A DNA stretch of 64,000 nucleotides from an uncultured Prevotella sp. Its GTDB lineage: Bacteria > Bacteroidota > Bacteroidia > Bacteroidales > Bacteroidaceae. Both the position numbers and the translations under genes were made by a program. Below are positions 27,501 to 34,437 of the stretch, in pieces. The DNA is taken from assembly GCA_964523825.1 (NCBI GenBank), contig CAZGAT010000010.1:14131-78130 (forward strand), given 5' to 3'. The notes under the pieces were generated by a model. It ran no database searches. It was not told the DNA's origin and saw only the letters and a program-made list of their open reading frames with translations. Numbering within the stretch: position 1 is the first letter of the stretch; each line of letters begins with the position of its first letter.

Positions 27501-28034
27501 CCGGAGACGCTGTTCGGCGCGATACCCGGCACGACAGAGGAGGGAGCCTACGACGGAAAGGCATGGATACAGTACGAGGCTCCGACGGCTATAACGGTCG
27601 GCTCGTACGCCATTTCGTCCGGCAGCGACCTTGACGCGGCACCATCATCATGGACCATACAGGCATCTAACGACGGAACCAACTGGACCACTCTCGACGA
27701 GCGTTCGGGAGAGGCGTTCAGTAGTACCTATGAACAAAAGAAGTACGACATCGCAACTGACGAGGTGCAGCCATACAAGTATTTCAGACTCAACGTATTA
27801 CAGTTCTACAATACAGCCGTATGGGCGTTCATGATACAGGAATGGCAGTTGTTTGAGGGCACTGCAAGCGGCGACGGTATTGGCAACATAGTGCTGGATT
27901 CCGACGGAAAGGCTGCCGTATACAGCATCAAGGGCATACGCCTCGGCACTGTCAGTGGCGACGAATTGGGAACATTCATGCGGTCGTTGCCCAAGGGCGT
28001 ATACATAGTGAACGGAAGGAAAGTCACGAACTAA
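24573..28034 (+). CDS. Secreted C10-family (streptopain/SpeB-like) cysteine peptidase with Ig/CARDB-like repeats, a discoidin (F5/8 type C)-like domain and a T9SS C-terminal sorting domain
   Basis: 1153 aa. Signal peptide, then a pro-region (YYVFNAKDGKGFAIVSGDD). MLQTKWNQGSPYNDACP. Catalytic Cys context YTGCVATAMAQILYY. His context ETGHAFVINGYEGDYYFDVNWGWGG. Discoidin-like AFDNDPETLF..WIQYEAP..SWTIQASNDGTNWTTLD. T9SS-like tail AAVYSIKGIRLG..LPKGVYIVNGRKVTN. Confidence 0.88.
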   Translation: MRRVLLSLWVTLIATALMAEPVTKQQATATASKFFSSHGAALDRKAPVMQAPSTGGTATTSAYYVFNAKDGKGFAIVSGDDRTPSILGYSTTGSFDLDNAPDNVRYWLGEYARQIKYIQDNDIEPAETRASGIADNAKIAAMLQTKWNQGSPYNDACPTVNGLKAYTGCVATAMAQILYYQYQQHPTLVPSTLQADIPSYSYQLQYDESVTSTIEGIAAGATIDWANMQLEYTSGTQATAISDFMLYCGKSVEMQYAFASSGESGAASRNVANAVHTYFGLSSKARYVIRSNYTNADWNELIYTELQNGRPVFYAGYNSETGHAFVINGYEGDYYFDVNWGWGGSCDGAFLLSALTPQDKGIGGGTSDNGFNTGQEAVIGIEAGTATGEGFHLTAASFNIDSTQYDYPFAYYWPMNGGSAEESYDYGFGIIGDNGAITQVGTTHTATIAAAKYSDDYAWITPYQFESYGTGTYKVVPVGKLTTASEWQSLFSTGRYINVTIGTDKSTMTIDPAVSISNFAAAGTPMSGDSTEISFDVAANDLYLGAFDIYPGDYGSEFSIASIDTVKLEKGDTRHFTFKTVLYGSTASRNTTLVIKDRETDQELCRNSFWVATNSIYASDGSVETKNPESTVQFTIVNETTTAFDGKMYLETRDTHLDEVLDYRTIDFSDAELTIESFGTKTITANVPITRPGEYSTTLMYQKDPSDTELTTLDSQNFGYQNSLSVASYEWDRKTPESTFTVTVQNIGDFTFADTLKISLKAPGDGTPHDNYSEIYSIRIDTLNIAPNDTRTLTVTLPTTEQVDYNVRVEYYNCYDFAYSSNWAGGANFELRYDLTNSDCKYTKDMPTTDFTLWFKNYTEAVFDQPVYVTLYDNTDEENPTVIKEVTINTLNLAQNEEQSVSVSLPTESAGKYKVTVEYNEYKSGTKAERTNMRTVTFEIIARYNADLTDGGGTFTCSSDLEVSGSNTIDKAFDNDPETLFGAIPGTTEEGAYDGKAWIQYEAPTAITVGSYAISSGSDLDAAPSSWTIQASNDGTNWTTLDERSGEAFSSTYEQKKYDIATDEVQPYKYFRLNVLQFYNTAVWAFMIQEWQLFEGTASGDGIGNIVLDSDGKAAVYSIKGIRLGTVSGDELGTFMRSLPKGVYIVNGRKVTN

Positions 28035-28155
28035 CGCCATGCTGCAAGCTGCCTGCCGGTATATGGGCAACGGTTCATGATACCATTCGCGCGAGTGGAA
28101 ACTGGAGATTCTGCATAATGCGCGCCGGCGGACGGCACGGATAGCCAATAAAAAG

Positions 28156-28197
28156 GAAAGCGGTCATCGGGAAACAAGTCCTGATGACCGCTTTTTC
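28156..28197. terminator. Bidirectional hairpin terminator between the convergent protease and DUF3408-like genes
   Basis: GAAAGCGGTCATC (28156-28168) pairs with GATGACCGCTTTT (28183-28195). There is an A-run upstream and a T-run downstream. Confidence 0.75.
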
Positions 28198-28215
28198 CAT
28201 GTGTATGGACGGTTG

Positions 28216-28917
28216 TCAGATAAGCCGTCCGCCGAAGATAACGTCCTTTATCTTCTGTTCGTGGTCGAAGATGAAGTTGGATACGATGCTCGAAAGTATG
28301 GCTGCGGTCGGGAGGCGCACGCTGGTAGCCGTCTTCAATCTGTCGAGGACGTTCTTCAAATCGCCGTCTATATAGATGGTGGCAAGCTTGGAGTCGCGCG
28401 TCTTGTAGTCATGGCCTATCTGCATGAAACGCTCCCAACTGTCGCCGCCATTGTCCTTGATAGCGCGATAGTCACGCTCGGCACGCTCTGTCGGAGTGAT
28501 GGAGTCGCGCTTGTTTGCAGGCCGTCCGGGACGGGCTGTGCGTGCAGGCGCGGGTGTCGGAGCGGCATATTGCTGATATGCCGGCTCTGGACGGTCAGTA
28601 GCCTGCGCCTCGGACGCTACTACCCCACCCTGCTGTTCTTCCGGTTCTGCGTATACATGTTCCTTTTTTGTCGCCGGTTCCGCGTGAGACGCGGCTGAAT
28701 CGGCTGTCGCGGTAGCAGCCGTCGCGGTCGTCGCCGGTGCCGGAGCAGCCTCTACGCTGTTGTCTTCTTTCGCTTCTTCAGCAACGTTACCATTATTGTC
28801 TTCCTTGCTGGCAGGCTCTCCCCCACCCTTCTGTACTTGATGAACTAATCCTGCAATACCGCCAGGAAGCACTACGCTTGTCTTTATTTTCTTTTTAGCC
28901 ATTATGTTTGTTTGCAT
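28216..28917 (-). CDS. DUF3408-like protein (the type encoded next to traA in Bacteroides conjugative transposons), with a low-complexity A/T/P/E-rich middle
   Basis: 233 aa. The C-terminal pattern ATIYIDGDLKNVLDRLKTATSVRLPTAAILSSIVSNFIFDHEQKIKDVI matches my memory of the DUF3408 core. Alternative start MAKKKIK at 28902. Confidence 0.6.
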   Translation of the reverse strand: MQTNIMAKKKIKTSVVLPGGIAGLVHQVQKGGGEPASKEDNNGNVAEEAKEDNSVEAAPAPATTATAATATADSAASHAEPATKKEHVYAEPEEQQGGVVASEAQATDRPEPAYQQYAAPTPAPARTARPGRPANKRDSITPTERAERDYRAIKDNGGDSWERFMQIGHDYKTRDSKLATIYIDGDLKNVLDRLKTATSVRLPTAAILSSIVSNFIFDHEQKIKDVIFGGRLI

Positions 28918-29066
28918 AAGAGTTTATATATATGATTCTTTCTTCAATTATTCGATTACGTAATTATCAGCTTAAACAATTGTTTATATATCTATATTTT
29001 ACATTATATTATTCCAAGTCTTATCGAAACATTCTAAATATAGAAACAAACAATTATTTATATAAA

Positions 29067-29732
29067 TTATTTCATCCGCTTTATCATATAATCGAAACTG
29101 TCGCTTACCGCGTCACGCTGTGTGGCGAGAAGCTCGAAAGTATTGATGCGTTTGAGGGTCGCACGGCTCGCTATGCGTGGTGTGACATTCCCTATCTGCT
29201 TGAAAATCTCGTCGGTTTGTTTCCACATACGGTTCTCATCGCTCGTTCCAATACGCGCGTCTATACGGTTGGGAACGAAGAACAGTTGCGCTTTCATGTC
29301 GGGATATTGCCCGCGGATCGCATTAATCACCTGGACGAACACGCCCGTAGAGTCAAGTGTCTTGTCCTCGTACTCGTATGGGCAAACGATATAGTCGGCA
29401 TTGGTGAACATCGGAACCAAGCCGTCTTCAGAGACGTTACCCGGGGAGTCAAACAATACGTAGCCCTCGACCTGACGAGCCGAATCCATGAGTTGCTGCA
29501 TGGTGTCGGGGTCGGTGACGTCGAAATCCTGCACTGTATAAGGTTCTTCGTCATCAAAGACTTCGGCATCCTTGCGCCTCTGCATAGAGATTGTTTTCTG
29601 CAAGTCTGTATCTATGATGCATACAGGCTTGCGCTTCATAGTAAGGTAATTGGCAAACAGCATACAAAGGGTTGACTTACCTACCCCACCCTTCTGATTG
29701 GCAAATACTACAATTCTATTCTTCATAGCCAT
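29067..29732 (-). CDS. ParA/Soj-family P-loop ATPase (TraA-like of Bacteroides mobile elements)
   Basis: 221 aa. Deviant Walker A: VVFANQKGGVGKSTLCMLFANYL. Confidence 0.88.
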   Translation of the reverse strand: MAMKNRIVVFANQKGGVGKSTLCMLFANYLTMKRKPVCIIDTDLQKTISMQRRKDAEVFDDEEPYTVQDFDVTDPDTMQQLMDSARQVEGYVLFDSPGNVSEDGLVPMFTNADYIVCPYEYEDKTLDSTGVFVQVINAIRGQYPDMKAQLFFVPNRIDARIGTSDENRMWKQTDEIFKQIGNVTPRIASRATLKRINTFELLATQRDAVSDSFDYMIKRMK

Positions 29733-29914
29733 AGTGTTATATGTTTATTTTTGTATATATTAAATTACTAAAATCGTATTATTTTGATATTCAAGGCATT
29801 GGCGCGTATAGATTTCCATACATTTCCGTCTTATGGCACGCACTGTGTGACATGGTTTTCAACGTTTGAATGGTCTTAAGAACAAGGTCAAGCCAGTTTT
29901 TCTATCCATTTTCT

Positions 29915-30598
29915 TCATTCTAAATGCCCTCCGCCAACCTTCATTGTCCGCCCGAGGAATATTGTTGGAAGTACATTAAGTATCCATTTGAGAACGGAAA
30001 CGATACACGGAACAGTCCCTGCCCCGGTTAGCATATTTGCGCTGTAAGCCGAAATATAGGCAACATCAAGCGTCCCACCTACTATTGGACAAAGGAACAA
30101 AGACAGTCCCAGCGCACGCAAACGCCCTCGAGTCGTTATAGCTAACACTATTCCAAACAAGAACAGGATAATATTCAAAAGATAGCCACTAACGATACCT
30201 ATACGGTGTGTAACCGACAGCTCCACAGGCTGATTCAATGAATCCACCACAGAAGTGCCGTTTGGAATATCCTTCAGCAAGCCCATGATAACGAGGGTAA
30301 TAATGGCAAGGACCACATAACTTAACATCGATTTAGAGATAGAAAGCTGCCGCCTAATAAGTTCCCACACAACGACCAAACTCCCAGTAGAGAATATAGC
30401 AAGCAGCATTTTCCCCACACTACTCCCAATCAAATGGCGAAATCCAGGCAAGGAAGCCCCATCTGTAACACCTGACAAAGTAATAAACTCTGGCAACATA
30501 GCTACAAAGTTCAAGCCCACGAATAGGGATATTGCCCACATGATCACCTTATGTTCTCTGTCAGATATATCGAAACTATATAACTTCTTACTATTCAT
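29915..30598 (-). CDS. Hypothetical multi-pass (about 6 TM) membrane protein
   Basis: 227 aa with several long hydrophobic stretches (WAISLFVGLNFVAML, MLLAIFSTGSLVVVW, YVVLAIITLVIMGLL, GYLLNIILFLFGIVLAI ...). No family recognised. Confidence 0.6.
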   Translation of the reverse strand: MNSKKLYSFDISDREHKVIMWAISLFVGLNFVAMLPEFITLSGVTDGASLPGFRHLIGSSVGKMLLAIFSTGSLVVVWELIRRQLSISKSMLSYVVLAIITLVIMGLLKDIPNGTSVVDSLNQPVELSVTHRIGIVSGYLLNIILFLFGIVLAITTRGRLRALGLSLFLCPIVGGTLDVAYISAYSANMLTGAGTVPCIVSVLKWILNVLPTIFLGRTMKVGGGHLE

Positions 30599-30639
30599 AA
30601 ATATCTATTAATCAATTGTTTATAATATTTTATATATTT

Positions 30640-31200
30640 ATCCTTTTACTTATTTAATTGCAACAGCATTGCGATAAGAGTATATTTCCCCGATGTCTAA
30701 TAAATACATTCAATCATATACATATTCAAGTACAAACATATTTGCACGTGCAAATTTAACCATAAAGAATCAAACATACAACAAAGCAAACAAACTTTTA
30801 AATACAAATACAAAAGAATATGAAAAGTAATAAATACAAAAACATACAAACAAAAGCCTTTAAAAACATACATTTATCGATATACACAAATAAGCAAATA
30901 TAAATATTTAAACATAAAACTATATAAACTTATAAAGTCATACAAATATCAAAATACAAATATATGAATTCACTTAATTAATAATACTTAAACACAAAAC
31001 TATATTTATATCTAAACTTATAACAATAAATCATCAAACAAATATAGATATAAAAACATACTATAATATTAATACATAATAATTAAAAGACAAAGATATA
31101 CATATCGACAATATTAAACAACTATACATTTCTAAAAATAAAAACAGATAGAATTATTTATATATAAAATTGTAATATGATAAAGTTGCGAGCAAATACA
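30640..31200 (+). other. Extremely AT-rich, strand-asymmetric (A/C-rich, G-depleted) low-complexity tract with no ORF
   Basis: Hand count for 30901-31140: 6 G versus 30 C in 240 nt (about 15% GC). Internal direct repeat TTAAACA(T/C)AAAACTATAT at 30908-30925 and 30988-31005. Confidence 0.85.
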
Positions 31201-31597
31201 AAGTTAATCAAATATTCTGTAAAACAGTATGCCCTGTATTGCTTATTATCAAGAAAATCTTTTGCTGTTTAAACTTGGAGAAAATGCAAACCATATGTGA
31301 ATAAAAATTATAGTTGATAAATAATTTTAACTTCCAAACAGATGCATACGAAAAAGACACCTGTTGGAAAATGTTTACAGTAACACACTATAACAAATAA
31401 AAATAGTACGGTAATGAATAGGATAGGGGAGACCCTCAAAGAAACTAATAATGCAAATACTAAAAGTGCTCGCAATTATTAAACATAGAAAATATGTCGA
31501 ACTCACAACATAGGTAAAGCGTCGATTAAGAATAAGTATACCATGAATGGCATTACACCAACCAACAACAACAATAACATTGCAACTAAGAACAGAA

Positions 31598-32241
31598 GCG
31601 ACAATGGCGACAAAAAAGGAACTTTATATCATTATACACAAACCAGACATCCAAGACAAGCGGAAAATGATTCGATTAAAGTAAATTAAAGCACTGATAA
31701 TCAAGTATAATAGATAATATCCTAAAGTAGAACGGCGACAAAAAAGTGAAAAATGAAGTTTACTATAAAGTAAAAATAGAACTAAATCGAAACAAAATAT
31801 TAAAAAACAATAATATAAATCAATAAATTATATAATATGACATGATAAAAATATAAATAACAGAAGGAAACTGCCATAGGACTTAGAGTCAGCAATAAAG
31901 CATATGAGATCATAAGATCAGTTGAATAACAAAATACCACTTAATCTGCTATATACTAGATAGATACAAGCAGATAGCGACAAATAGGGAATATAATAGT
32001 TCAGAAAAAAGTATCTAACTCCAAATGTAGAGAGACCAGGTTATATAAACACCTGCCATTTTCGAACTAAAGAAATAGCAGCGACAAATAAGGAACAAGT
32101 TTCCAGCTATACAATGCTTTCTTTGATGAGACTATATGTAACATATTTATTATAAGGGATTTATAACCCATATAACACTGAATGTCGACAGATAGGGAAA
32201 CTAATACATAATAAATCTTTTGCTAACGACAAAAAGGGAAC
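31598..32241 (+). repeat. Dispersed copies of the GCGACAAAnAGGGA-type site, all in one orientation
   Basis: GACA cores at 31600, 31609, 31737, 31979, 32083, 32187 and 32228. Examples: GGCGACAAAAAAGGAAC, ATAGCGACAAATAGGGAAT, GCGACAAATAAGGAAC, GTCGACAGATAGGGAAAC, ACGACAAAAAGGGAAC. Confidence 0.8.
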
Positions 32242-32672
32242 ATATAACGCATATACAAAATAGGATTTATAAAGTAAATAAGAATACCTTATAAGGGTGA
32301 AGAAAACAGATGATGTGGCAACAGCTTTCTACTTTGATTGATATTTTATTACAAATAATGAAATATACAATTGCAAAATCAAAGATATAATAGAAACAAA
32401 AATAACAACCATTTTGTGAAATATAGAATAAGAGGAAAAGTATATGCCGGAATATATATAAAAAGTAAGTAAACTTAGCTAAGTATATGTGGCTGGAAGC
32501 TTCTTATATAGACTTAAAAGTAGTCTATGGGATTAATTCTCGAATATCAAAATATTAATTCCTAAAACAAAAAAATTAAATCTCGAATTAGATATCATTA
32601 TTTAATCTATTGTATAAGACTTATTTAGGAAGTCATAATTTACTGTAAGATAGAGTGTTATGGGTTAGTTGG

Positions 32673-32808
32673 GCGACATTTTAGTAAGTTTGCGCCGACA
32701 AATTTGTAGGTTTAATGAGACAATAGGGGAGGGTTACGTCGACAAATTTGTAGGTATTGGTTAGATTACGTCGACAAATTTGTAGGTTTGATGCGACAAT
32801 GAGGGAGC
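32673..32808 (+). repeat. Left array: six GCGACA-type sites at 22-bp phasing
   Basis: GACA cores at 32675, 32697, 32719, 32741, 32773 and 32795, i.e. steps of 22,22,22,32,22. CGACAAATTTGTAGGT occurs exactly 3 times (32696, 32740, 32772). Confidence 0.9.
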
Positions 32809-32958
32809 AAAGGGCTTGTTTGCTTCTTATTTTTTGATAAAATTAGATGTTTATTATACCATAAACTGATTTATCTTTTTTAATATCAATCGTATCGGTT
32901 CACAAAATATAAAGCTTTAACCATTATAATATATTGATATACAATAGTTTGTATTTGT

Positions 32959-33020
32959 GTCGACAAATTTGTAACTTCTTTAGTATATTCAAATAATTAA
33001 CAAAACGACAAAAAAGGAAA
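32959..33020 (+). repeat. Two further same-orientation sites inside the unit
   Basis: GTCGACAAATTTGTAAC (32959-32975) and ACGACAAAAAAGGAAA (33005-33020). Confidence 0.75.
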
Positions 33021-33119
33021 TTGCTCGTAATTTATTACGTTAGATGATTAATCTATTGAATTATACAAAATTAATAATGTAATTAAGCTGTAATACTGCT
33101 GTGTTCAAAATTAAATTCT

Positions 33120-33127
33120 TAATTTTG
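33120..33127 (+). promoter_or_regulatory. Candidate -7 box TAATTTTG for the glutaredoxin-like gene
   Basis: Exact TAnnTTTG match, about 65 nt upstream of the ATG at 33192. Confidence 0.45.
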
Positions 33128-33191
33128 CCAATACATATACTGTGGCATATCGTATATGTAATGTATTTATAAATAGATAAAGCTGTTGGTT

Positions 33192-33488
33192 ATGATTAAA
33201 ATTTATGGAATGCCGACATGTCCGTATTGTTCGTATGTCTATAAACAAGTTGAAGGCGATAAAAGATTCAAAATTATAGATATAGGAAGCGACGTGCATC
33301 GTATGAGCAAGTTTATTAGTATGCGTGATACGTCACCTGTGTTCGATCATTCTAAAGCTGTTGGAGATATAGGGATACCATGTTTTGTATGTGAAGATGG
33401 AACTATAACGTTAAAGCCAGAGGAAGTAGGATTGATGGAATATACGGGGCAAGGAGCCTCATGTGCTATTGATGGCAGCGGTTGTTGA
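33192..33488 (+). CDS. Glutaredoxin-related small thiol-disulfide protein (CPYC motif; NrdH/COG4545-like)
   Basis: ORF track 33186..33488. I prefer the start MIKIYGMPTCPYCSYV. Thioredoxin-fold pattern ..GIPCFVCEDGTITL.., C-terminal Cys-rich tail. Confidence 0.75.
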   Translation: MIKIYGMPTCPYCSYVYKQVEGDKRFKIIDIGSDVHRMSKFISMRDTSPVFDHSKAVGDIGIPCFVCEDGTITLKPEEVGLMEYTGQGASCAIDGSGC

Positions 33489-33565
33489 TAACTTATTGAT
33501 GTAGCAATGGTTATACGGTAGAGTAGGGGGGGGACCTGGCTTTGTAATTATTTTGGAAGAAGCTA

Positions 33566-33906
33566 CCTGTTTGTCGTTCTTTGTTGAATGATATTTTGTT
33601 GATACCTCCCTTTTTGTCGCTGTCTGTAATAATGCTTTTTATTTAGGGCAAGTTCGGCGACAAAAAAGTGTAAAAAACAGTTAAAGCTGTTGTCGCGTAA
33701 CTATTTTTTTCTCTTCACATGTCTGTTATATGAATATATTGTAAAGTTATTATCATAAATAACGGTCGTTTACAGTTAGAATGGCTGGCAATATTCCCAT
33801 TATGTCGTACATAGATAGTTAGATGCTCCCTATCTGTCATCATAATGTTCCTCAACCGTTACTAAGTAGCTCCCTATTTGTCGCTATTAACTTACTATAA
33901 TGTCGC
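33566..33906 (-). repeat. Right array: seven sites of the same family in the opposite orientation
   Basis: Plus-strand TGTC cores at 33901, 33879, 33835 and 33803 (steps 22,44,32), then 33691, 33615 and 33572. Examples: TCCCTATTTGTCGCTAT, TCCCTATCTGTC, TCCCTTTTTGTCGC. Confidence 0.85.
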
Positions 33907-34395
33907 TTCCAATAATTGTTATATCCTTATATTCAGATGGTTAAATGGTTCTAAATAATATCTAACCAATGATTTAAACTAAAGATTAATCAACTTTTGA
34001 TGCTTTTGTCTCCGCATAAGATAAGGAGCATCGACAATCACTGCCAATGCTCCCAATAGTCCTTTTTCCCGATTGATTAAGAACCAATGTCTGGACTAAA
34101 TTCGCTTTTCGTTTTTCAGTAATTCAAAATAATCATTGTTTCTAAAAGTCCTACGGTCTTGCTTTGTTCTGTACATTATTAAAGGCACGCTTGCCTATAA
34201 CTTTCATAGACCAATGGAACTCAATAGAGAGCTTAATACGTTTAACATGTTTTTTATAAGTAGAGGCTTAGGCATTTCTTTCGATGGCAAATATAGTTCT
34301 TTTTTGATAAGGTTGTTCTCTTTAAACATACAATTTCACGTAAACGTTTACGTATGCTGTTATGTTGATTAACAGTTTGGTGTAGTGTATTAAAA

Positions 34396-34437
34396 ATAGA
34401 GAAGCCTTTCTAATTCTATGTTAGAAAGGCTTCTCTA
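34396..34437 (-). terminator. Hairpin terminator just downstream of the AraC/RhaR-like gene
   Basis: ATAGAGAAGCCTTTCTAA (34396-34413) pairs with TTAGAAAGGCTTCTCTAT (34421-34438), with a 7-nt loop. Confidence 0.7.

Larger units (their letters stand above)
32673..33906. mobile_element. Candidate non-autonomous element (or replicon relic). It is bounded by 31-bp imperfect inverted termini, has internal phased site arrays, and its only cargo is a glutaredoxin-like gene.
   Basis: 32673-32703 matches the reverse complement of 33876-33906 at 25/31 positions (17/18 at the outer end). See findings. No transposase or recombinase lies inside, and no target-site duplication was identified. Confidence 0.4.

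Noticed and set aside
28932-29675. 247-aa plus-strand ORF
   Set aside because: It is entirely antisense to the ParA gene, which has an unambiguous Walker A motif, and it starts inside AT-rich intergenic DNA.
31544-31684. Small ORFs inside the AT-rich tract, e.g. the 46-aa MNGITPPTTTITLQLRTEATMATKKELYIIIHKPDIQDKRKMIRLK
   Set aside because: It runs across two repeat sites whose other copies contain in-frame stops, so the repeat is conserved as DNA, not as protein. There is no promoter box or homology.
33111-33299. 62-aa minus-strand ORF overlapping the start of the glutaredoxin-like gene
   Set aside because: It is antisense to a gene with a clear CPYC thioredoxin-fold signature, and its AT-rich translation is low complexity.
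34136-34372. 78-aa plus-strand ORF, and possible minus-strand pseudogene fragments at 33960-34370
   Set aside because: No motif was recognised on either strand. The minus-strand frames are broken by several stops and I could not assign them to integrase or transposase families. The region is left unannotated.
18937-34395. Calling the whole block an integrative conjugative element or conjugative transposon
   Set aside because: Only ParA and a DUF3408-like gene hint at CTn ancestry. No integrase, relaxase, coupling protein, tra genes or flanking direct repeats were found in the window.
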